A stretch of 64,000 bases of DNA from Pseudovirgaria hyperparasitica (Eukaryota): assembly GCA_010093815.1 (NCBI GenBank), contig ML996571.1; one strand, 5' to 3'. Numbering within the stretch: the first letter of the stretch is position 1; each line of letters begins with the position of its first letter. The position numbers were made by a program, and so were the translations under genes. Below are positions 53,301 through 64,000 of the stretch, piece by piece. The notes beneath the pieces were generated by a model. It saw only the letters and a program-made list of their open reading frames with translations. It did not search any database and had not been told where the DNA came from.

Positions 53301-56300
53301 CTGTCACATTTCATGCACTGACAAGATGCGGGAGGGCGGGAGCAGACAGCCTGGTAGTCGCATTTGTGGATCCTGTCTCGGTCCTTGTTTTTCTGGGCGA
53401 GACTCGAAAGTGGTGAAGGGGGGGCCATAATAGCGGTCATACGCCTTGAGCAGCAGCAAAGACAGAGCAGCCAATCATGGAGGCAGGGTGTGCCGTTGAC
53501 AGAAGATAACTGGGCTGCGACGGGCCGAAGCAGAGGCGCTGTCCATGCTCACGGGAAGCAAATCTCCCAGTGCCCTGGGTCAGGAAGAGGGAGATTTTGG
53601 GGGGAGGGGTGATTAGGGGATCAGGGGGATGAGGAACCAGGCGCATACAGACGACAACAACCAGGGGTTGCTGATTGGCTCAGCGTGCCACGGAGAAAAC
53701 TTGGTCACCCCAGCCCCGATACCGCGTCAGATTGATTATCACCACCGCGCTATAGACTACGAGCCCATCAGAATGCGGGGCTTCCTACAGCACCGTGATT
53801 AGTTTTACGCAATCCAGATGAACTTTTTCGTCCGAGCTGCGCACCTGCGTCGGGCTAATTGAGCACCCCGGGCGGTGGGATGTAACCGATTTGGAGACCA
53901 GATGCGACTCGTATGTACTCCGTATATGACCACCAGACGCTTAATCTCTTTGACCCACCGCGTGAGTGCTTGATAACAGCTATTAGAGCAGTTCATCTCT
54001 TCATCATCTCATCTAGTTCACGATAGTCGCCGAGAGACAGATAAAGTACTGTAGGTCAGGGCATAAGGATATGCCTTGCTAGGATCCCATCTGGGCCTAG
54101 TGTCATGTTCGCTTTGACTGATGTCCTTTGCATCGCATGCAAATGGGCCGTCTTGGGCTTGCAACGTTCCTATGCCTGTTTCATAAGCACGATTAGATGT
54201 CTGATTCGCGAGGGTCTTCGGTGGCCTTTTTATCTATGACGGTGCACTGTTTGTGAAGGCTGCCTGGTCGAGAACTTCGCTCGTACGAGATTCTTCCAAT
54301 TTCCCGGCCTCCGGGACGAGAAGTCTGGTCGTACGTCTGTCTGCACGCAACAATATGCAGACTTCCGCATAAGCCCTATCTTTACGGTACTGAGTCTGCT
54401 GATTACTGTAGTGGGGACTATATGGCGCTGTCTAGCGTGCTCATATGAGACATTGCCTGTTATGACGAATGTACTTCTTCTAATCAATGAAGCCGGTACT
54501 CGAGGTGTCGACTTCAATTCTCAGCCATGGGACGAGAATCGAGAAATCGAGAGCATTAGCTGATTCGTCGCCAGGTAAAACACGCGGGCTCATTTGAGTG
54601 AAAGGGTATTCAGTTCTGAGACAATTGAAAGCAATAAATGTTTATAGCCGCTGCAAGCGGGCCGCGGCGAGATTGCAATGCGTCTGACTCGCCATTGACG
54701 CCAGCCAGGTCAGAGGGGACTCGACGCAGGGGCTAAAAGTATCCAGTGGTGCGGTTAGCGAGAATATGAGCCACTCAGAGCGACAAAAGCCGGCAGGAGT
54801 TCCGACAGTCTGGCACCTAAATTCCAAGTCAATGGGTCATGTCTCTCCTGTCCGTCTCTTTACGCTTCACGCAAGGCGACGCTGCATGTGCATTTACAGC
54901 ATACATCCACGACCCATATTCGTAGCATCGCTTGGACAGCGACCTTGGTCAGCCATGGTTCTCGTCGTGTAGCAGGCAACACTTCCTTGCGGATTGTTGA
55001 TGCAGTATATCGCGTGGACGATACGGAGCAATAACATCTGCATGCAACTCAATCTGCCGATCCACAGCAATCCCGCCGCTGCGAGCAAACAACCCACATT
55101 CTGCAGCCGCGGGAACAGCAGTTTCCACGAGCTACCCCGACGCAGGTTCAAGGATGCCACAAACATGAACAATGGGAAGTCAAGATGTGCCTGCATCCCG
55201 AAAAACGGTCTCATGCATCCATGTGGCTTCAACTCACACGATTGCCCTTGTAGTTGTTGGAATATGTATTGATGCATCTTGCCTTGCTGACCCTCAGGCA
55301 AACACAACAGCATCTCGCATGAAATGGAAGGAATATTACAGTAGAGACGAGGGACGAAAACGCGGCGCCAGAACGCGAGAATGTATGGCGCCCCTCCGCC
55401 CAGTCCGGCACCTCTGGCGTCAGTGCGCAGAAGCGAACAGGCCTGACTTTGGGTGGCCGGCGCTTGGATGCTCGAAGCGATGGCGCCTGTTGGCAATGTG
55501 GGCAGGCGGCTTTTTGTCTTGGTCTGGGCCTCTTTGCATTTGAAATATCTTGACCATTATTGCAATTGTCCCGTAGCGCATTCAACTTTGTTTTGACGAA
55601 CTCTTTCAGTCGAGGTGCCCTGCATGCACGAGTGACGAGAGAGAGCGCGCAAGAGAGAGAGAGAGAGCTGTGGATGCAGCACGCACCCTGCGATGCAGCC
55701 AACAGTCTGTGAACTCGCTCGGGGGAACCGAGAGGAATTGTCGTCATAATTTATTGTCTGATCGATCTCCGTTCTCGCACTCGGTCATCACTACTCCGTG
55801 AGCGCGTCAGCCAGCGCCCAGTAAAGGCACTCCCTTGACAGTGTGCAGACGTACCACAGGGTTCACACCATGTTAATACATGTGCTTCTCTCATCGTCAT
55901 AAGCGTGTCGACTGTCTACCTCACTGGTAGTGACACCACTGGTCGTGGCTACCAATGACCATGGCACCGGTACCCTACCGTGCCCTCCACAACGACGCCC
56001 TTTTATCCTTCCTTTGACCTCCAGTCAGCTAGCGTGGTCGCCAACACTGGCCGGCGTGTTATATCGAGTGGCAAGACGTGCAGTCTTTTTAAACGCCATA
56101 TGTGCAATACTCCCATTATTTGACTGATGTGTGTGTTTGTGCATCGCCAGGCTGGGCCTGCCGTAAAGCCTCCTCCACCAAGACGGCAAGTCGTGTTCAG
56201 CTATGGGACGAAGGATTAAGGATTCTGAGCGAGCCAGCAGTCAGTCGATCGCATTATGTTGCGGTGAAGGCTTGGTAATTAATTAGCTTCTGTAGCAAAG

Positions 56301-56526
56301 CAGCAAAGCAGCAAAGACGATGCGGACGAAGAGAAGCATGAGCCGGGAGGAACCTTGGAAGGGCAGACCCTGGAGGCCGAAGAAACGCCAGGCCGCCCGA
56401 GCGCCCAGGGCAGCAGCAGCACACACGTCCGCGCGCCCGCAGGCTTGCATGCACCTAAATACTACATACACAGTACGAACACAGTACACGATACACAATA
56501 CACCACCACTTTACTTGGGAAACTTC

Positions 56527-56627
56527 TGATGCCGATGCCCATCCGATACTGATGCCGATGCTGATGCTGATATCGATACTAATGCTGATGTGCTCATGCT
56601 GATGCTGATGTTGATCTGATGCTGATG
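56527..56627. repeat. Degenerate GATGCT/GATGCC hexamer repeat upstream of laeA
   Basis: Repeated tgatgc(t/c) units. Confidence 0.75.
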
Positions 56628-57476
56628 TGTGTATAGCTTACCTACATACTACTACTGCCTCCCTGCCTGTGTAAGCCCACGCCCGCTCCCCTCCCCTCCC
56701 CCTCCCCTTCTCTCCACTCTATGTCTGTCTGCCCATGCCCACGCCAACGCCCATGCCCAACTATCCATGCATACGCGCACGCACACGCTCCACCACGCGC
56801 CTGCTGCCACCACCACTATCACTACCACCAATACCACCGCCATAAACTCCCTAATAATTAACCCTCCTACTCCTCCTGCTCCTCCAACTCCCCTAATACT
56901 TCTCACTCGTCCCTCTCCCCACTCTACTGTACTCTTTAATTACCTACTCCCCCTTCCCCTCCTCCTAATTAGTCACACTCTATCTCAATCTGCTAGTTTT
57001 GGGTCATCATCTCTCCTCTTTTCCTCTTACTCCCATCCTGCACTTCAGAATCCCGCCCATAATCTACTACCACTAGCCCGTTACCGTTCCGTCGGGTTTC
57101 TGACTGCCTGTTTCTCCCATTCATTATCCTCGCCTTCTTTCCTCCTCTCCTCTCCTCCTCCTCCTCCACCACTACCACTTACCACCACCACCACCTCCTC
57201 CTCCTCCTCCTCATCCTCCTCACTTCTCTTACACCCCTACCCTTTCCCTTTCCCTTGGACTGGCAACACACACCCACACCCACACACAAACGCGCACACG
57301 GCCTCCACGCGCCGTCCCATGACCCGCTGTTCTCAGACCGACTTTTAGGTTACGTCTCCGGCCTTCCTGACGCCTGAGATTCTTTTAATACGTTCCTACC
57401 GCCCCATCCGCGCCCTGACCTGCCTTACTTGCTTCCAACCCTTCTTTCTCATTTGCTCCGACGGCTTCTCTCCGGT

Positions 57477-58951
57477 ATGCCATCAAATCCTCCGACATCA
57501 ATCATGAACGGGTGAGTCTACTTCTGATGTAAACTAGCAACTAGCCAGAGTTTAAGTTGGCGTGTTTCGCTGCATATTGTTCGTCGCGTCGTCGAGTACC
57601 GTTTGCTAACGCTCGCTCCTTAGGAATCCTGTTGCTGCTCCTGCAGACTATGACGAGAATGGTCGGACATATCATGGCTATGTGCGCGCTCTCGCAATTT
57701 GGGCTCTTCCAGTACCTTTAGCTAACTTACTTGCAGCGCAGAGGTATCTATATGTATCCATGCGACGAGGTAAGAATTCACATTGGCGGAGACTGATATT
57801 CCAAACTAACGCATATTCCAACCATGCAGATCGAGAAAGAACGCATGGACATGATGCACCAATTGTTCGACACTGCCTTTAATCAAGTACTCCAGAGCAC
57901 GCCTGCACTGAAAGGCAGAGGTCAAAATCAGCGAATTCTGGATCTCGGGTGCGGAACTGGCATTTGGGCTTTGGATATTGCTGAGTATGCGCTATTGGAC
58001 AGACCTGAGGCCATAGATATCTTGCTAACATATTCTTTTTCTACAGTGCATACCCTGAAGCTGAGGTCAGTGTCTGCGCATGCGCCAGCACTTCTCACCA
58101 TTGCTAACCGATCCTGCATAGGTCATTGGAGTAGACTTATCAAACATTCAGCCAGCACAGTGAGTGTCCCACTCCTGCACCAATTCTGGCAGCATCTAAC
58201 GCCTCCGTCAGGATCGCGCCTAATCTGCAATTTCGAGTTCCGTTTGATTACGAAGGTGCGCTTTGGACTTTGGGGGAAAACTCTTTTGATTTAATACACC
58301 TGCAAATGGCATGCGGAAGCGTCTCGAACTGGAACGAGTTGTACAACAAAATATACAGGTGGGAGCTGCATCTATCAAAAGTAATTGTTTGCTCGGCTGA
58401 CAGTAGCAGACATCTCACCCCAGGCAGTGGATGGATCGAACACATCGAGATGGACCTGACGCCACGCTGTGACGACGGCTCGTTGCCTGCGTCAAGCCAT
58501 ATACGGAGTTGGTACAATTATCTAGTGGATGCAACATCGCGTGCGAGTAAGCCTATCGCGTACAATCAATATACGCGGCAGTCTCTCGCGGCTGCTGGAT
58601 TTATTGACATCAGCGAAAGAGTAATCCGAGTCCCGTACAACCGATGGCCCACGGATCCTCGAGAGAGGAAAATCGCAGACTGGCACACCTGGACTCTCGC
58701 TGATGAGACTTGTCAAGGCCTAGAGGCCTTGAGTATGGCGCCTTTCACTAGATGTCTCAATTGGCGACGTGAGGAATTTGAGCCTTTCCTGGCACTAGTG
58801 AGGACCGAGATGAAGACTAGAAGAATACACGCGTACAACAACATGTAAGAATTTTAAAGCTGGCTGCCTACGCTACGGGCCCAGGGCTATAATCATGATG
58901 AAGCTAATGTCTTGCAGACATGTTTGGACTGCTCGTAAACCACAGTCATGA
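57477..58951 (+). CDS. laeA: LaeA methyltransferase, global regulator of secondary metabolism (velvet complex)
   Basis: Eight introns (57512-57623, 57682-57736, 57770-57829, 57985-58046, 58066-58121, 58160-58211, 58359-58409, 58845-58917). Spliced product reads ENGRTYHGYRRGIYMYPCDE, ILDLGCGTGIWA, FDLIHLQM, IEMDLTPRCDDGSL, LEALSMAPF, IHAYNNIHVWTARKP, matching LaeA-type motifs. Confidence 0.88.
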
Positions 58952-59433
58952 GAAAGATCGATCGCTAATTCTGTAACAACACAATTTTGCACACTTGAGA
59001 TACTAGCCAGCGCTTGCTGTGCACGAAGTGGTACTCACTGTGGTCAAACGCTGTTCTGGCCTTCATGTTGGTCCTAGGAGTCAGTAGCAGCGCGAAGACT
59101 CAGATTACTGTCACATCTCAAGTGGATCGATTGGAGACGAGGTGGAGCATCCCCCCGCAGCTCGGCCGGATTGTGACCACACGGCGCCTGACGGTGTTCG
59201 TTCGATACAGCTGCTTTATTTGCTGCGCATCAACGCTGTGTCGTTACAGCGCACGCTTCACCGCCTGTATTGGGCGTTTTGGCGCACATACGGATTAGTG
59301 AAGGTCTATGGCATCGCGTCAGGCTCGTTAGGAAAGAAACAGCATGGTCTTGAAAACTCAGAGTGTGAATTCACACCACATCACCATTCGTCCTTGCACC
59401 ACTCCTCTGTTCCCTACCAGGAGCAGCAGCGCC

Positions 59434-59484
59434 GACATCGTGGACATCGTGGACATCGTGGATATCGTGGATATCGTGGATATC
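59434..59484. repeat. 9-bp tandem repeat GA(C/T)ATCGTG, about 5.5 copies
   Basis: gacatcgtg x3, gatatcgtg x2, then gatatc. Confidence 0.85.
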
Positions 59485-60913
59485 AGTCCGACATGCGCTA
59501 AGCGAAGTCCACTATACCGGCGCAGCTACATCCGTATCATGAACATCTTGTACACCATTCTCGCCTCGCCCGGGCTTACCTTGGTCGTACTAGGGCTTGA
59601 TCTAATTTTGGGTGGCCAAACCACCATTCACTTGTCCGGGCGTGGGTAGTATGTATGCGCTGAAATAATCCTCCAATAAGGCTAGGTTCTAAAATAGCTG
59701 CGATACCATGCGATTTGGGCATGATTCTTCACTGTACTCTATATGTGGAACATCCGCTTAAAGGCTCAGCAAGGAACGGCCAGCTGGCACAGGTGCTCCT
59801 GTTGTTCGCTCCCTACCTTCCAGAAGCTTTTCAATTCCACCATTGTGCTCGCTGCACCTTGCACTTTAGGGGCTATAGAGTATGCAACGTTGAATCCTAC
59901 TGCAATGACTTGTCCATGTGCTATGGATCCTATCCCCGGCCATCTCCTCGATCTTGCATTGGCAGAAAGTCGCGCAACGTTGGACGAAGCAAACAAATGG
60001 CCAGACCCGTTACTCCGGTAGGGTTAGACCCAGTACCACTGGTTCGAGTTGGACAACGTCATCGGTAGATACTGCAGAGGTACACGAGATTAGCATATTA
60101 GCAACACCCGTCACGTTCCACGTATTGCTTGCCTTGCTTCGGCTCCCTTCCCAGTGATAGGCCAGCAGCGCGCTCGACCCAGGTAGGCAAGTAATCCAGC
60201 GCCCTGGTACCGCTTTCACGCTGGATGCAGGCTGCGAGACTGCCAGATCCAAGGGTCAGCTAGACTGTTTGTACGTCGTCACACTTGCCAGCTACGCGTG
60301 TGGAGGCCGCCATTCCTCTAGACCTGTCTCGTGCGAGGCTGGTCTGCCAGCGCAGCAGTCCTGCTTCGATCAAGACGGCATTAGCGGTGAACCAAAGCCA
60401 ACTTCTTGTAGAGGAGGAGGAGGGGATGGCGAGACGCTGGTGGTGATATTATCCAGGATCTGCAATAGAGGTGCTTCAAAGAGGAGATGAACGGCCACTG
60501 CGTGGTCTTGAGAACGCCAGCCTAGGGCCAGCGCGCGGGAGGGAAGTCCGTAACCCGCCGCCTCGAGCCGCCCGAGTGCTGCCCGCTGGGAGCAAATCAC
60601 AGCCCAGGACGCGCCGGCACCTTGAATGACTTACTTTTGCTTGGCGATGCTCGCTTCTCACGTGATGAGTATGCATGGCGCGCGGAGAAATCTCGGGAAA
60701 CTGGTTTTGACTTTGGGGAGGATCGAGCAATCGGACAGGCGGGTGCGGGCAGCATCGGCATTCGGTTGTATGGTGGCTAATTCGTCATGTGCTCCTGCAT
60801 GCGTTCCTGAGCACTCACCCTAGGTGTGCTGCAACCCTTCCCTTACTCGTCATTGACATTCATATAACATTGTATGAAAGTTTCTGCCTCTATTTAGACA
60901 TCCGATTCACATC

Positions 60914-62488
60914 ATGGCCAGCCTTGCGAGATCCCTCCGACCCTTGGCGCGAGCTGCAAAGGCCCCGCAGAGGACGTTCCTGGGAGGCGTGAGGAAGGGC
61001 CCACAGTACGTTCTCCATACGGTTGTCTTCTTTGTATATCATAGCAATAGAGCTAGAGCAATAGCAAGCAGATGCAAGACATTTTGACTGACGCGAAATC
61101 AGGTTACGATGCCTCTCGACCACACCTCAACGGCGGCAAGCGGACGCTCTAGACATCACCGATATACCCCCTACGCCGATATCCCACCTCTCAGAGACCG
61201 AGTCGCTGATGGCAGAGCAAGTCACCCGGTTCGCGAACGACCAAATCCTACCAAAAGTTCGCGAAATGGACGAAGCGGAGACAATGGATCCAGCTGTCGT
61301 GGAACAATTGTTCGAGCAAGGACTGATGGGTATCGAGATTCCAGAGGAATATGGCGGTGCGGGCATGAACTTCACCGCCGCTATTGTCGCGATTGAGGAG
61401 TTGGCGAGGGTCGATCCGAGCGTGAGCGTGTTGGTCGACGTGCATAATACACTATGCAACACCTGTCTGCTGAAATATGCAAAGGAAGACAACAAGAAGA
61501 AGTGGCTGCCGAAGCTCGCCACTGATACCGTCGGTATGTGTGCCAAACCCCAGATTGTGCCACCGAGACTCGTTCTCGGGTGCAACACTGCGTTGAATGT
61601 TTTGCTGAGCTGAACCGTAGCATCCTTCTGCCTCTCAGAACCTGCGTCCGGCTCCGACGCCTTTGCCATGCAGACCAAAGCCGTCAAGACAGACTCGACG
61701 TACAAGATCACTGGCAGCAAAATGTGGATCACCAACTCCATGGAGTCCTCGCTCTTTATTGTCTTTGCCAATCTCGACCCGTCCAAGGGCTACAAGGGCA
61801 TCTCAGCCTTCCTTGTAGAGAAGGGCACGCCCGGCTTTGAGATTGCCAAAAAGGAGAAGAAGCTAGGCATCAAGGCCAGCAGCACATGCGTCATCAATTT
61901 TGACGACGTCGAAGTGCCGCACGCCAATCTACTAGGCGAGGAGGGCCAGGGCTACAAGTACGCGATCGGCATCCTCAACGAGGGCCGCATCGGCATCGCA
62001 GCCCAGATGACAGGCCTCGCACTAGGTGCATGGGAGAACGCCGCCAAGTAAGAGACTACCCTCACACAGCCTCTCCACGTCCCACAAACATGACTAATCC
62101 GGGGCACCCTCCCAACCGCAGATACGTCTGGAACGACCGCAAGCAATTCGGCAAGCTCATCGGCGAATTCCAAGGCATGCAGCACCAGCTCGCGCAGGCC
62201 TACGTCGAGATCCAAGCCGCGCGCGCCCTCGTCTTCAACGCGGCGCGCAAGAAGGAGGCCGGCCAGGACTTTGTCCGCGACGCGGCCATGGCGAAGCTGT
62301 ATAGCTCGCAGGTCGCGCAGCGCGTGGCGGGCCAGGCTATCGAGTGGATGGGCGGCATGGGCTTTGTGCGCGAGGGCTTGGCGGAGAAGTTCTGGCGCGA
62401 CAGCAAGATTGGCGCGATTTATGAGGGCACGAGCAATATCCAGCTCAATACGATTGCGAAGTTGTTGCAGAATGAGTATACGAAGTAG
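60914..62488 (+). CDS. Mitochondrial short/branched-chain acyl-CoA dehydrogenase
   Basis: Presequence [86 protein letters not shown]; three introns. Confidence 0.93.
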
Positions 62489-64000
62489 GCAGCTAGGTGG
62501 AAAGGCAGGGTGGAAGTGTATGGGTTGGATTTGGATCTTGGCTTGTTGAACGGCGCGAATTGTGTGGGAGAGTACAAGTATTAGTGGATGGATAGATGGA
62601 TAGATGGGTGGATATTGGTGGGTGATCCGTATAACAATAGTATAAATACAAAATTCTAAAGTTTTTTTTTTTGCTTCGAGGTTGCACCCGGCTACGTACG
62701 ACGTGTTTTTCACCAATTTCGCATACTCCCTTCCCGTTTTTCGGGCCCCCTTCTTGCTCCCAGTAGTAACAGTAACGCAGTTTGTATAATTTCTTTAATG
62801 AGGACGGGGGAAAGGGGCGTTTATATATTTGTGATGGAAACAAGGCCAAGTAACGCCGTGCGGAAAAGCAGGTTGTATGTATGTATGTAGAGGGACATGG
62901 GAATGATGGTTGATGCTTTTCTAACTGTTTGGACGTTGAATGTTCAATAAGTGTCAATCCATTGTCCTTGTCGTGTGTATAACGGTATATATATATATAT
63001 ATATCTCCATCCATGCCCTCGTCCGTGCACCGACCGTACTGTGTGTCTTGATCCATGCGCGATTTGATTTGGCATCTACGGCGTACCGAGCGAGTGTGTT
63101 GCTTGCCTGGAAGATGTCATCACTTTGAGCGGCGGTATCGCGCTTTAGACTCCTGGGGGTTGATGAGATTGGTCTACTCTTATAGAGGAGGTTCACATTA
63201 TAATAAACGTACATGTGTATAGATTTAGGAAGTAAGAGAAGGCTGGTTGTTGTATGTAGTGCTCAGGTTTGTGATACTAAGCTTAGCTTATTATCGAAGA
63301 GCGATCATAGGAGGAGTAATATAAGGGGAGAGACGGGGAGGATTCAATCAATGTACCTCAAACTAGGACGCTTCTAGTACAGGGGGCTATCTGCTAAGAA
63401 TTTCGTTTGTTTTCTTTTCTTTTGAAGTCTTTGGGTACTTATTTAGTGAGATCTATCGATGGTAGTTGATGTTAAGCTTGTAGATGTATTATTACATCCG
63501 CATACATAAGCGCTATTTGCACAAAGAGCTCCAGACGAATAGAGACGAATACACATACACCACACACACACACACGCATATGAGTGAGTGATACGACGTA
63601 GCTTCCATCCAGCCAGACAACTCAAAACCCATCAATCAGCCTTCCCTCTTCCCACCGACCCAAACACACTTTTCATACCAACGCAGCAACGCCCCAAAAC
63701 GACCCCCCCCTCAGAAAACGGCACCGAGAAATAATTTAAATCATAACCGCGCAGCAGAGCGACCATGTCGCCGCCAACGCATACACTACCGTCCCTCGTT
63801 CCCTCCTTCTTCCTGCACAATCAAATGGATCCCCGCCCACCCCCTCCCCCCCTTCGGCCCCCAACCCCAACTTGTCCTCACAGGGCGGCCAATCAGATGT
63901 CGGATAATACCCAACCCGTCTGCCCTGGCAGATTGGATTCTGGATTCGGGCATCTATCCATGTAGATTGACTTGTTTAGGGGGGTGGGACATGGGGGGGG

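Noticed and set aside
55165..55272. Short Cys-rich ORF (MNNGKSRCAC..CPCSCWNMY), superficially metallothionein-like
   Set aside because: Too short, contains aromatic residues atypical of metallothioneins, and has no other support.
56629..57348. 239-aa ORF upstream of laeA
   Set aside because: Non-ATG start and low-complexity translation of a C/T-rich leader; only the terminal uORF is kept as a candidate.
59743..60730. ORF fragments between laeA and the acyl-CoA dehydrogenase
   Set aside because: No consistent gene model or recognisable motif.

Overview
Eukaryotic DNA from a filamentous ascomycete (Pezizomycotina). This is inferred from short GT-AG introns with CTRAC-type branch points, a Zn2Cys6 transcription factor and a LaeA orthologue. 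About 20 genes can be reconstructed by hand-splicing. The left half looks mostly ordinary: C2/Munc13-like protein, DHA2 MFS transporter plus Zn2Cys6 TF, a Cys-rich single-pass membrane protein, AIF-like oxidoreductase, Kin4-like kinase, GH31 glucosidase, P450 and cell-surface proteins. The most interesting part is 34-49 kb. A PD-(D/E)XK-like nuclease gene sits between an intact and a RIP-damaged copy of a DUF3253 gene. It is followed by a candidate biosynthetic gene cluster with no PKS/NRPS/terpene-cyclase core: an ODC-fold decarboxylase with an atypical specificity helix, a group A flavin monooxygenase, a sulfotransferase-like P-loop protein, a class V PLP aminotransferase and a UbiA prenyltransferase. 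An ~8.9 kb gene-poor stretch with an 8-mer-built minisatellite separates this cluster from laeA and a short/branched-chain acyl-CoA dehydrogenase. All family calls come from motif recognition; no database searches were run.
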